DNA of 64,000 nt from Azolla caroliniana (Eukaryota > Plantae > Polypodiophyta). Positions 36,001 to 48,400 of the stretch are shown piece by piece. The notes under the pieces are model-generated. The model searched no databases and was not told where the DNA came from. It saw nothing but the letters and a program-made list of their open reading frames with translations. A program made the translations under genes and the position numbers. How positions within the stretch are numbered: the first letter of the stretch is position 1; each line of letters begins with the position of its first letter. Where the stretch lies: assembly GCA_043228905.1 (NCBI GenBank), contig JBHGNT010000018.1, positions 6,138,001 through 6,202,000 of the forward strand, in the 5' to 3' direction.

Positions 36001-39000
36001 GATCCGTGATCAATCAATGCTAGCACGGGTTCTTTGATGTTACCAATTCGGACCGGAGTCTCCGTAGTTGCGCGTGCCCAGTGTGGCTTTGTGTAGTGAG
36101 AATTCGGTATTTCGTCCTCCAATTCGGTGTCATTCATTAGAACGGTATTTGCATTCACCCTTGGAGCGTTCTCCTCCGTACTTTGCATTTTTCTCTTCAC
36201 GAGATCCACAAGAAGATCGTGGAACTCCTTCTTTGCTATTCCAAGTAATTCTCGAAGCGAAAAATCTACTCGGCTATCGAGGATTCTCTCCTCGAACACC
36301 TTTTTCAAGTCCGTTTCTTGTTCGATGTCCGACGCGAGCTGGAATGCCGGAATCATCTTTTCTTTTCTCTTACCTCCGGAGTTCCAGCTTTCCGGTGTCT
36401 TCGATGGACCGGCCGCCTCATCCGTGCGCCGTCGCTTCTCATCTACATACACTTCATGCAATTGGCATAAAGCAAACACGTTATTCTTATCCACGGGGCA
36501 CTCCCATCTTGTAGCTTCACGAATGCCTTCCGCGGTGCTTCGGATCTCATTGGAGTCGGTTTTCTCGGGGTTTTCTAGCACACCCGGCCAAAAAGACGCC
36601 TTTGCTCCCGACGACTCACCCACACTTATCCCCGCGGTTGTCGCATAATTACCTTTTTCCACTATTTCCTCCTCTAGAACCTTCTTCATCCCGCCTTTCT
36701 AGAAGTTCGGTCGGAGTGGCTTCCGAGAGTCCATCGAATGAATCCGATTTCCCTCATAGTAGATAAGATCCCGTCGTAACACCTCCTTGTGCTCGTCGCA
36801 ATCCCTCTGATCGTGTTCGGTGCTATCACACCATATACATCGACGGTCCATATACTTGGAGTTTGTGGGACGGTCTCCCGACTTCTTCACCATCGCGATT
36901 TTCAGATTCTCCATATCTTTCAGCAACTGCTCCACCGTGGTTGCGTCAATCCCCTTCTCGGTCGTAATCTCTCGAGTCCGCAGTTGATGGTCCTCCAATC
37001 CAGATCTCGGTTTCGGAATCGGTTCCGAAACCCTCTTCTCTTCGTTAGCAAGCCATTGCCCCCTCTTCGTGTATCGCGCGACGATATCCCGCACGCTTTC
37101 CCACGTTTTGGTGAGGCCGCTTTCGGTGGTCGTGTCCTCCAGAAGCACTCCGAGATCTTTCCGGTACCGGACGTCCACAACTCGCAAAAACATGGTGAGT
37201 TTGTCTGGTGCAAGAATAGTTTGACCTCTCGCGGACAACCCCCTAAACCGACTTTCGAATGACGAAAACACTTTGACGACCTTTAGCCCCTTACCTGGCG
37301 TTTCCACCCAATCTTCGAATCCCCTCCGCGTTGCCTTGGAGGAGTCCTCGATGGCGAACGTGGTCTTTAACGCTTCTTCAAATGCTTCCCATGTCGGATT
37401 TTGCTGTTGTAACCCGTGGATACTCCCTTGAAGCCCGTTGGTCGCCACCCGGTTGAAGGATGTCACTTGTAGTCCTTCCGAAATCCGGCACCGGAGCATC
37501 TCTGCCTTGTAGTCCTGCAATATCGCGACACGTCCTTACCGTTGAATTGCCCGTTGCGTTGCACGAGCCGCTCTACTGCTGCCGAAATCTCCGACATCGC
37601 GCGTTGTTCTTGTAGCATCCGTTCGAACATCGCCATCATATTGTTAGCTTGTTGATTCTCCATCTCCTTGCCACCCGTATTCACGTCGGGTTCACCACTT
37701 GTGTCGTGCCTCTCGGTGCCGGATCGTTACGTGAGTCGGGTGGGAACCGATGGGGTTTTGGACTAAGAGAAAGGACATCATGAGATAGAGATTAATTATG
37801 AGTAGATAGCAAAGAGAAAGATAAGAAATTCGTGAATCACGCGAGTATACTATGTTAATTGGTACTTAGGTTGTTAAGAAAGAAGTAGATGCATAAATCG
37901 TGAATCCCATGAATAATTTTTATATTGATCAATACTTAATCCAAATAACCAACCCTTATACATCTTTCTCTCCTCCTTATATAAGGACGGGCGAGGCTAA
38001 GCATAGCTTCTTGCTTTTCTAAAGTGTTCACGCCCTCTAAATGTGCATGCTTTACTTTTCCCACTACGATTTCCTAAATTTAGCATTCATGCCCACTAGA
38101 TGTGCATGCGTAATTTTATTAGTGTACATATAAAGTTTTCACGCATTTTAAAAATGCATGACTTACCTTTTAATAAAGGTAGGCGAAAATAAAGGTTTTA
38201 TACGTATTAAATCTATATTTGAAACACTCAGAATAAGTTAGTATAATGGTAAGGTTGGAGTTTGTTTGTGTGGAGGTGCAGGGTTTGAATCTTGCCCTAT
38301 GCACGTAACAGAAAATTTAATGTTTCTTTTATTTACAATTGTGTCTCTTCATCTCGTAAGAGACTCTCACCGGCCTTCTTCATCCGGCTCTTCCTTGCTG
38401 ATTCCTCCTTCCTGGTTTGCCGATTCCTCCTTGCCGGTTCCTCTTCGTCCGGTTCTCACCGGGTATTTCATTCTCTATCCGGATGGACATATTTTACGTA
38501 TTTTATAAGTATTTAACATATTAAGAAAACGTATTTAACGTATTTTTAAATTAGGAGGTACTATACAGGTATTAATACGTTAAATACGTTAAATATGTAT
38601 GGTATCCGTACCGTACCTAACGTACCTAGCAACCTTGATCATGATGTTGTGCTTGTCACCCACATACCTACATATGCACTCACTCCTTGTTAGAATTTTC
38701 ATATTTTTACGCCCACCCCTCCCATACTTTCACCTATTTTGAGCCCTAGCATTCCCATACTTTCTTCTATTTTCAACCCTACCCTCCCTTACTTTCTCCT
38801 ATTTCCGGCGCTACCCCTCCCACTTTCTCCTATTTTTGGCCCTACCCCTACCCTACTTCTTCCTAGTTTAACTCATAGCCCTACTTTTTCATATTTTTAC
38901 TCATACCTCTCTCCTACATGCTTATTAAACCTAATCTTTAGATTATATTTACCCGCTACCCCTCTCCTCAATTTCCATATATCTTTACCTTACCCCTTCC

Positions 39001-39204
39001 CTTAACTTTTCTTTTTATTAGCTTTTTATTCCAACCTCAGTTTCCTTTTTTTGTATTTTCTACCCTCACCCATGTTTTAATTTTTCTACCCCCCCCCCCC
39101 CCCCCTGTTTTTTCCCCATAACACTCTTCCCCTTTTTTATTACCCTCTCTTTTTTAATTTTTGGTTTCCCCATGTATTTCTTCTCTCTCTTTCCTCTCTT
39201 TCTC

Positions 39205-39266
39205 TCTCATGGGCCAAATTTTTCCTTAGAAGACGTTAATATTTCTTTCTTTCTTTCTTTCTTTCT
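39205..39266 (+). mobile_element. Extremely 5'-truncated LINE 3' end with (CTTT)n tail, same family as 18293-22708
   Basis: TCTCATGGGCCAAATTTTTCCTTAGAAGACGTTAATA then (TTTC)n, within a CT-rich tract. Confidence 0.75.
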
Positions 39267-39292
39267 CTCTCCTACCTCTACCCCTCCCTTAC

Positions 39293-42200
39293 TGTTAAGA
39301 GTCTTTTACTAATCAATAGACCAAAATAAAGTAAAAGAAGGAAAATAGATTGGATAGAAGAACCTATTCCACCCGACCACCCTTGAGCTATGATCTAGAC
39401 ATAGCCAACCTACCACCGACGTCCCATACTGTTGGATATTAAGATGACTAATACCTTGGAAGAGATTACACGATCTTTAAGACAAAAGCCTAGCCTGCAC
39501 CACCGGTGTCTAAGACAACAGCCTTCCGACATAATGTGCTTATGAGGGTAGCTAAGCCTCATATTTATACATTTTCCTAGGCCCCTTGAATAGATGTGCC
39601 TTTCTAAAAGGCTCTCTATTCATTGGTTGTCCAAATCATGATAGTGCATGCACCTATCATTCCTTCTATCCAATCAGATTAGTTCCCTTGTTAACATTAG
39701 TGAACATACCCTGCACTTATATAAATATTAGTGACCTAACCCTAACCTACGCTACGTGTACTAACATACTCCCCTTCTTCAAAAGATTGCACTCTTGCAA
39801 TATAAAGTGAGGAAATTGTGCCTTAAGAGTATGCTCGTGTTCCCATGTGGCATAATCAATAGGTTTATCCATCCATTTGATCTTGAATAGCCGAATCTAT
39901 TTAGAACATAAATGTTTAGTACGAGAATCAAGAATTCGTTCAGGAACATGAGGTTGTAAGAAAAATCATCTAAAGTTACAAGATCTTGGATTGTGACAAC
40001 GTTATCACCAAAGCCTAAAAATGGTTTTAGATGACTAATGTGAAAACGGGATGAATCTCTTTAGAATGTAAATGTTTAGTATGAGAATCAAGAATTAGTT
40101 CAGGAACATGAGGTTTGTAAGAAAAATCCTCTAAAGTTACAAGATCTTGGATTGTGACAATGTTATCTCCAAAGCCTAAAAATGGTTTTAGCTTAGGAAA
40201 CACATAAGATACTTCCAATGTTTGATTGGTAGGTTAAACTTGTCCATCTATTTGGAGATGATAGCAGGAGGAGAGATTGCAGGTGACCTTGAGCCTTTTA
40301 AAGAGATGCTTCCAAAATTTAGAGACGAATTGCGGTTCACGATCACTGATGATACTGTCGGGAAGACCATGATGCCGAAATACTTCATGCATAACAATTC
40401 CAACGGTTTCTTCACTAGTAATTTCTTTAGTATAGGGCACGAAATGTGCCATCTTAGTAAATCGATCTACCACCATTAGGATTGCATTGAAACCCCTCGA
40501 ATCCAGAAAATCTGTGATAAAATTGAGAGAAATAGATTGCCATGGTTTGCTTGGGATTGGTAATGGCTCCAACAAACCATATGGATGATGTCTCGGCATC
40601 TTCGATCTACAACATGTATCACATATCCAAACATAGTCTTCGACAAATCTTCGCATACGGGGCCACCAAAATGATCGTTGTACTAAATTCAATGTTTTAG
40701 TACTACCAAAATGTTCAGTTGTATATGTGTCATGACAATTTTGTACTATTCGAAGGTCGCACGAACCATTGGGAACATACAAAAGTTTCTTAAAGAAGAG
40801 TAATCCATTATGACATTCGAATTGTTGATAGTCTATACCTAGTTGTTGTGATCGTGAACAAGATGCCCGAGAAGAATTGATTTGATCTAGAATAGCTTGA
40901 GAGAAAACATCCATCTTCAAATCTTCAAGTATGGTGTCGATAATGCCGGAATCCAATGGAGTGTCAAAGACCCACGTTGCTTGAAGTCGTGTCGGTCCCA
41001 GGATTACTTGCTTTTGATTGTCGAAGGTTGGATCACCAGGATGAGGAGCTAGATATGAAAGTCGTGATAATGCATCCGCCTTCCCTTGTTGCTTGCCTGG
41101 ACGATATGTAATCTTAAAATCAAAATGAGTGAGGAACTGGGCCCACTGAGCTTGTCGTCTATTTAACACGCGAGCATTCTGAAAATAGGCAACATTCTCA
41201 CTGAATACAATGATTTGATGAGGAGATCCTTCTAAAATATGCCTCCATTGTGCAAAAGAGTAAACAATTGCTAATAGCTCCTTGTCATGTATCTCATAGT
41301 TGATTTCGGCGGTGTCAAATTTGCGTGAGTGAGACGCCAAGGGATGTAGCTTCTCATCGTCGCCTTGTTGTGATAAAATACTACCTAGGGCGAAATCTAA
41401 CGCGTCCACCTCCATGATAAATGGTTTTTGCGGATCAACATGAGCTAAAACAGGAGGCTTTGTAAATGCTTTCTTGAGACCCTCAAAAGCCGTGTCCGCT
41501 TCCTTAGACCAAATAAACGATTCACCCACCTAGCTACAATCAAAACTACACTTCTCCAGCTTTGCATAAAGACCATGTTCTCGTAGTCTTCTTAGTACTA
41601 ATAGTAAATGAGAATCATGCTCCACCTGTGTCTTTGAATAAACTAGCAGATCATCCAAGTAGATAATTAAATAGATGTCCAAAAGATCTTGGAATATACC
41701 ATTTGCCATGTGTTGGAAGACTGTTGGCACATTGGTGAGGCTGAATGGCATAACCGTATACTCCAAGTGCCTATATCGGGTGCGGAAAGCTGTCTTCCAT
41801 TCGTCTCCCAGTCGAATCTGTACAAGGTTATATGCTCCTCGTAAGTTGATTTTTGTTAAAAACTTGGCGCCATTAATCCTTTCTAAAAGACGCGAGATCA
41901 AAGGAAGTGCATACCTATTCCTGATGGTAACCTTATTCAAGCCACAGTAATTCACGACTAGACGAAGTGAGACATCTTTTTTCTTGACGAAGAAAATGAG
42001 TGCATCGACTAGAGATTTCGAATGTCGAATGAACCCGTTTGCCAAATTTTCCTCTATGTAAGCTCGAAGAACTTCAAGCTCTGTTGGTGACAAGTTGTAG
42101 ATTGGTCCTCACGATGGCTCTTTTCCTAGTTGTAAATCAAAGGGACAATCATACGGTCGATGATGAGGAAGAGTACTAGCTTTTACCTTATCAAAAACGT

Positions 42201-44961
42201 CGGCGTAATGATGATACTTTTTTGGAAGTTGAATTGTTGACTCCTCCTTAGCGGTGTTGGAAGGTTTCACTGATACTGCGAATACAAACATTGATTCCAT
42301 GCATCCTTCCTCACACAGTTGATTTAGCGAAATGGTTGAAAACTTATGAGTAGGTTCCTGGGGTTGTCGATACCTGATTTCTCTTATTTTCCGATCTATG
42401 TCCAGATTGTGTAATTCGAACCATGGTAACCCTAAAACAATGGGATGTTCTGGACTACTAATTATATTAAACGATACTACACACGCCAAATTTTTCTAGG
42501 ACAATACTAATTTGCTCTGACTCTTCTATGATATTTCTAGAAGTAATGGGATGACCATCAATGACTACTACAGATGCTGGGCAGGGAAGTTTTCTTAGGG
42601 ATATCTGATGAGCTTGCGCAAAATTACTATCCATGAATCAAGAATTAGCTCTGGAATCTAAGAGTGCTAAGATATGTACTGGAGGGGTACTTTTAGTTCT
42701 AACTTGCTTAGAGGGAATGGAACCACTAATGGGTTGCACAGATCTAGGGTTATCCAACCAAACGACTCCTATTTTGGATGGACTTAGTCGTTTAACTCTT
42801 CTTCTAACTGACTAAGGACATCAAATTTGTTCGATAGACTTGGGCTATTAGGACTATCAGATATTCCTACTGAAATAGACTCAGGTTTAGAACAATTAGT
42901 ACTAGCGACTATTTGGTTTACCTGTCTTCTTGGCCTATGGGGACAGTTCACTGCAATATGCCCTGGTTCACCACAATAAAGACATAGTTGATTTGCTCAG
43001 CGTCGCTGCTTTTCCTCTTCCGATAATGGTTGTGATGACGTGCGGTGTTGATTTCAATCGGAGTTGGAGTATTTGCTGGAGACACATTATATGACTCCCT
43101 TGGAAAAGGTTTTGCTACAATTGAGGCGTAGGTGGGCTCTGATCTTGTCCTTGGCATCTGGAACTGACATTCCGAATGTCGTTCAAAAAGGCTGTTATCG
43201 CATCGTACCGCGCGACTGATTGCTTCTGTCAATGTCTTTGGCTCTTCGGGGAAAGTCAAGAGTAAATCCTTGACATCATTACGATGTTGTCGTGTGAATC
43301 ACACACTATGTGAAATATGTAAAATACTATATCCGATTTAAAGTACGTATAATAAATAAAATAAAATATTAAAAAGATTTATTACGGGCATAGGGCAAGA
43401 TTCAAACCCTATACCCCCACATAGACAAACCCCAACATTACCATTGTACTAACTTATCATAAGTGTTCTAAATATAGATTTAATACGTATAAGACCTTTA
43501 TTTATGCCTACCTTTATTAAAAGGTAAGTCATGCATTTTTTTTAGAATGCGTGAATACTTTATTTATAAGAAAAATGTACACCAATAAAAAATGACTCAT
43601 GCACATCTAATGAGCATGAGCACTATATTTAGGAAATAAAAGCATAGTGTAAAAAGGCAACTCATGCACATTTAGTGTGCATGAACACTTTAGAAAAAGC
43701 ATGAACCTATGCTTAGCCTCTTCCATCCTTATATAAGGAGGAGAGAATGATGTATGGAGGTTGATTCACGATTTTTTTCCAGCTATTTCTCTCTTACATT
43801 CTAAGTATCAATTAAGACACTATACTCGTGGGATTCACGAGTTTCATATCTTCCTTTAAATATTTCTCTTTCTTGCAATCCATTCATAAGGAGCCTTATC
43901 TCATATTCTTCTTTCTCCTAGTCCAAAACCTCAGTGGTTCCCACCCGACTCACGCAACGATCCGGAGCCGAAAGGCACGACAACGTAGGCCATAATGAAA
44001 GTGCTCCATTAATGCTTGGTCATCCTAGGGAATATCGGTGGCGAGAAGAAGGAAATCCGTAACATAAGCTGAGGCCGACCGATCACCTTAGCGCAATCTT
44101 TAGATTTTGTTGATTGCCACATAACGTTGTCGATATCTCCAAAACAAGATTTAAACTCGCTAATAAACTCTTCAAAATTATTTAACAAGGGAAAGCTTTT
44201 TTCTAATAGGGGGGCGAACCATGCCAAAGTCGTGCCACTAAGTAGCGCGTGCCTATTAGTCCCATTCGTGATGCATCGGTGGGATATTGAGAAGGATGCA
44301 TTTGAATCACTAAACATACCTGATTAAGAAAACCTCTAAACTGTGATCGGGTCCCATCAAATTTCATAGGACGACTGAGGATCTCCGAACTTGGGTTCTT
44401 TGTGAGTCCCTTGAGCGCTTGATCCTTTTTGTTGTAATGATACAATAGTCGCTTCAAGTTGTTGCACATGTAACGTCAACTCCCCGTGTTGTTGTTGTTT
44501 TTCTAGAGCTATGTGTTGAAGATCCCCCAACAGATGGTGATTTTCTTGTTTTAGTGCTACAAAATTCTCTTTTAAGCACTAGAGCTCCGAGAAAACAGAT
44601 TGGTATTCTTGAGTGCTAACAATTGCCTTTTACTAAGGAGGATAAGAGGATTAGTATGAAGGAAGGAGGGATAAGAGAATGACTAAATTCGGTTCAAACT
44701 GTCAAGAATAGTACTAAAAACAAAGAGAGAATTAGTACGAGAGAAGGAAAGTACTATGAGGATTAGTACTATCAGGAGTACTCCTGAAGTTTCTAGAATG
44801 TTCTAGAGAAATCTGGAATATACATCAATTTTCTATAGTGAAATAATAAATGAAAACAATATTTTTTGTATTACAATATAATAATGGTAGGGCTTCAACC
44901 CATGTTACACAAGGTCATGGGTTCAAATCCTTTTAATGCCATACCATGCTATATCATGACA
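39293..44961 (-). mobile_element. Decayed chromoviral Ty3/Gypsy (Tcn1/Tf1-like), probably chimeric because the two terminal LTR-like segments (39293-39766, 44700-44961) are dissimilar
   Basis: Gag 44009-44469 and 42948-43259; protease (ALLDS) at ~42650; RT 41530-42093 (YLDD); RH-INT 40234-41529 (INYEIHDKELLAI, VVDRFTKMAHF); chromodomain remnant (ILDSR...KIKW...ATWE) at 39800-39940; PPT at 39767-39778. Confidence 0.85.
43285..43982 (+). mobile_element. Solo LTR of the tRNA-Trp-primed Gypsy family, inserted in chromovirus gag
   Basis: Reverse complement of the 18904 and 25725 LTRs (ends ...GATCCGGAGCCGAAAGGCACGACA); flanks ACGA/ACGT. Confidence 0.9.
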
Positions 44962-45359
44962 GGAGCATGCCGAATTGTCGGCATTAGAGATGTGTGTTTG
45001 GTGACCTCAACCGGGTGCAGACTTGTGTTGAGAGACGTTCGACACGTTTCAGAGTACGATTGAACCTGATATCAACCGGTGGGCTGGATGATGAAGGCTA
45101 CATGGGTAACATCCGGAACGACATCATGAAGTTCTATTGAGGAAGCCTGATTGTGGCCCGAGCTCGAAAGACCAACGCACTCTATCTTATGCATGCTTGA
45201 ATATGCCGAGGGGAAGTAAACGTGGTAGTCGACACAACCAATGAGTTGTGGCATAAGAGGTTGTGCCACATGAGCTAGAAGGGAATGTTGATGCTAGTGT
45301 TAATTGGTGGGGGAGGTGAAGCCTAGAATGGCTCCACCCCCCTTCCCAAGGGGGTTACA

Positions 45360-45399
<40 letters not shown>

Positions 45400-45402
<3 letters not shown>

Positions 45403-48400
45403 TTATATTATCGTCTTCGGAGGTCAAATATGACCTATGAGACCAAAAATATTACATTTCACGTGATACGTGCGAAAGTGAGTAGTGACTCTCGATGTTC
45501 AAGAACTTTACCAATGAATGTTGCAATCGAGAGTGCACATTGTGATTGTGAGAGGAATTCATGCAAAGATTGGGCTCGATCGAAGAGATATGGAAAGCAT
45601 GGTTGAATATGATCAAAGGCAGAGCATTGTATCAAAGTGTGATACTCAGACTCGCGAACTTGTTTAGGGCAAAATGTGCATAGCCGACCACTCTCATCAC
45701 TTGTACCCCAATGCCCTATTTCACATCGCAATGCATGTGAGCTAAGTCGCATGGAAGCAATGGTTCGAATGGCAGATAACGGTATGGGCTCTAACATGTA
45801 TGGATGTGCACAATTTCCCCGTTCCGCAAAGAATATGGTTTTGTAGTTAGGTGCAACATGTGTAGTATAATGTGTGAAGCGTGAGCCTCCACATTTGTCC
45901 CATGTCATGATACATTGGCGTTGCAAAAATTCCTCATTTACAGAGGAATCTAATGATGCATCATGAAGCAAGTGTCTCGCATCCCATCTACCAAACCATT
46001 TTTCTATATCTTGCATCCAACCGGAACACAAAATTTTGCTTTTATGCGTCTTTTGGATCTTTTTCCTTGCTTCCCACGCAATTCTAGGAAGTCGATGTGA
46101 GGAACTTTTTTGAACCTTAAGCATGTATTCAACAACCCTTTCCATGGCCATGATCTCAATGGGAAGCGATCCCGTCTCAAGGAGGAGGAGAGTGTAGGGC
46201 GTTTGTTTCTTAACTTGTAGAAACTTGGTAAAAAAATGCTTTTGGAGATTTTCAAAATCTTTCCACATAGATTTAGGGATGCTACCACCCCATACTTCCA
46301 CCCCATAGAGAAGAACCGGTGTCACCAAAGTGTCAAAAAGATATTTCTTGAGGACCCAACACTTAATTTCTCCAAGATTGCATGTGTTCTCAAATGCATA
46401 GTATGCTCGCTTGCCCGCCTCTAAGCGGCGTGTAGCACATTCATTCCATCTATGATTTGAAGGAACTTCAAGGCCAAGATATTTGAAGCTTTCCACACAT
46501 TCAAGTGGCTCATTATTGTACATAATGCATGGTTTATCTCTTTTTTGGCTCTTCACAAGCATAATCTTTGTTTTAGAGCTATTGACACTTAATTTAGTAT
46601 GCATGCAAATTTTTTCCAATGCCTTCATAAGCTTTTGTGCATCTCCTAAAGTATTTGCAAAAAGCACTACATCATCTGCATATAGCAAAAGCATAATCAC
46701 AACATTCCCAATGGCAACTTCTTCAACACATTCTTCCTTTGCAAACTTGGTAACCATTTCTTCCAATTCATCAATGCATAGACCAAATAGTGTTGGTGAG
46801 AGTGGGAATCCTTGCTTAACACCAATAGTGCTTTTGAAAAAATCTGAAAGTTTATCTCTCATGCGCACACAACATATAACCTTCTCATAAATTCGGGAAA
46901 TTGCAAGCATAGATTCACTTGGCACCTCAAGTTCTTCCATTCGCCTCCAAAGATGCTCACGAGGTACCATATCGAAAGCTTTCTTGAATTCTACAAAGCA
47001 ACAATATAAACCTTTACCTCTAATGCGACTTTCCTCCATTAATACTCGAAGGGTGATAAGGTGATCAATGGTGCTATGGTGTTTCCGAAAGCCAACTTGT
47101 CCATAAGCTCTCTTACCACTTTTTTCAGCCCATACACTTATCTTTGATTCCATTATACATCCAAATAGTTTTGCCATTAATGAGCCAACCATGATGGTTC
47201 GATAGTTGTTTACATTATTTATATCTCCACCTTTATGTAAAGGTTTGATCCAATTTGTAGTCCAATCGTATGGCATACCATGTTGCAATGCATCATTAAA
47301 CATATCGCTTATCCATATATGTGCTTCCTTTCCCGTCCATTTGAGCATTTCAGCCTTTATACATTGAAGATCGCTTGCCTTTCGAGAGGCCAATTTCTTA
47401 AGTCCTATGCATATATCTTCAATTGTAAAGAAGGGAGGCATATGTGAAAGAGAACCATAACACTTCATCTTTCCGGCAAGAGATAACTCATATAAATTCT
47501 TACAATGCATAGACAAGTCGTGAAGAGTTAAGTCACCATAACTCTCAACACGTTTTCCCTTTAGATTTCCCCAAAATTTAGCACATGCATGTGCTTTCTC
47601 TTGTGTTTGAATAAATTGCTGAGTAACTTCCCATATTCTTCTCTTTCTTTGAATAAGCCTTTTATACTCATGCAAATGCTTTTGGTAATTCTCTTTATCC
47701 TTAACTACATCCAAAACCATAAGGCACTTTCGAGCTTCACGACATTCTTTATCAAACCATTTTTTCCTAAGTTTCTTGGTGCATTTCCAAGATGTGCGGT
47801 TGGTCGAAAAACATTTGTTTGTACATGAGAGAATGACTTTCTTGAAAGCTTCCCATTTGCATTCTAGTGTGGCACCATGTTGTCTCTTTGTCATTTGTAA
47901 CATATCCTCAACCATCTTGGAATACATGGGTGCTCGCTTAAGGTTCATGCTCAAGTGCGGTTGTTTATTATCTTCAATAGCCTTCTCACAATCAAACCTA
48001 TGCATACATTTGAGATCAATACATAAAGGCCTATGATCGGATTCCGGTGTCCATTCACCAAGTGAGAATTTATGTATACGATCCAAAATACCTTCGGAAA
48101 GTAGCACATAATCAATCACACTATTTCCGTTGTGTTTTCTACATGTAAAACCATTAGTGTTGGGCCATAAGGAAATACCATTTGCCATAAGCAATCCGGT
48201 ACTATTGCACATTTGTAGGAGTAACTTCCCAAATTGGTCCGGATCTTTTTCATTGCTAGAAGAGCGGTTATACATTTGCATATCCTCTTGCATCCTTGAG
48301 ATATGTGGCATGAAAGATTCTTGTGAATCAAGTTGGAAACTTCTTGTACGAGCATTCATGTCACCAAAGACAATAACTTCCCCTTTGGATTTGAAATAAG

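Larger units (their letters stand above)
26518..37684 (-). pseudogene. Gypsy gag-pol (Gag with CX2CX4HX4C, protease, RT, RNase H, integrase), with stops, frameshifts and a Copia insertion in integrase
   Basis: CIWCDSTEHDQRDC; LIDHGSEINLM; DLYSGYDQF and FLDD; VDTS and ETDC; GHRG...CEKC; IADRGE...YNPEANGKVERGH; KRWFGPY. Order PR-RT-RH-INT; no chromodomain. Confidence 0.92.
25725..38489 (-). mobile_element. Full-length non-chromoviral Ty3/Gypsy retrotransposon, decayed; likely autonomous relative of the Gag-only element
   Basis: LTRs 25725-26530 and 37702-~38489 (outer ~40 bp of the latter missing); tRNA-Trp PBS at 37679-37698; PPT at 26531-26542; ACGT immediately to the left. Confidence 0.92.
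25007..38637. mobile_element. Non-autonomous hAT element (~870 bp of its own sequence: 25007-25724 plus ~38490-38637) hosting the Gypsy/Copia nest
   Basis: Perfect 8-bp TSD ATCATGAT (24999-25006 and 38638-38645); TIRs CATGGTTG.../...CAACCTTG; TACGT-rich subtermini; (AAG)n at 25340-25387. Confidence 0.85.

Noticed and set aside
34390-36648. Plus-strand ORFs of 150-270 aa
   Set aside because: Antisense to Gypsy RT and protease; no independent motifs.
38646-39204. Pyrimidine-rich tract with poly(C) and an 88-aa ORF
   Set aside because: Low complexity with no termini or motif; no call supportable.
39293-44961. A single intact chromovirus with paired LTRs
   Set aside because: The two terminal segments are dissimilar, no TSD is shared, and integrase is internally deleted; treated as a chimeric remnant.
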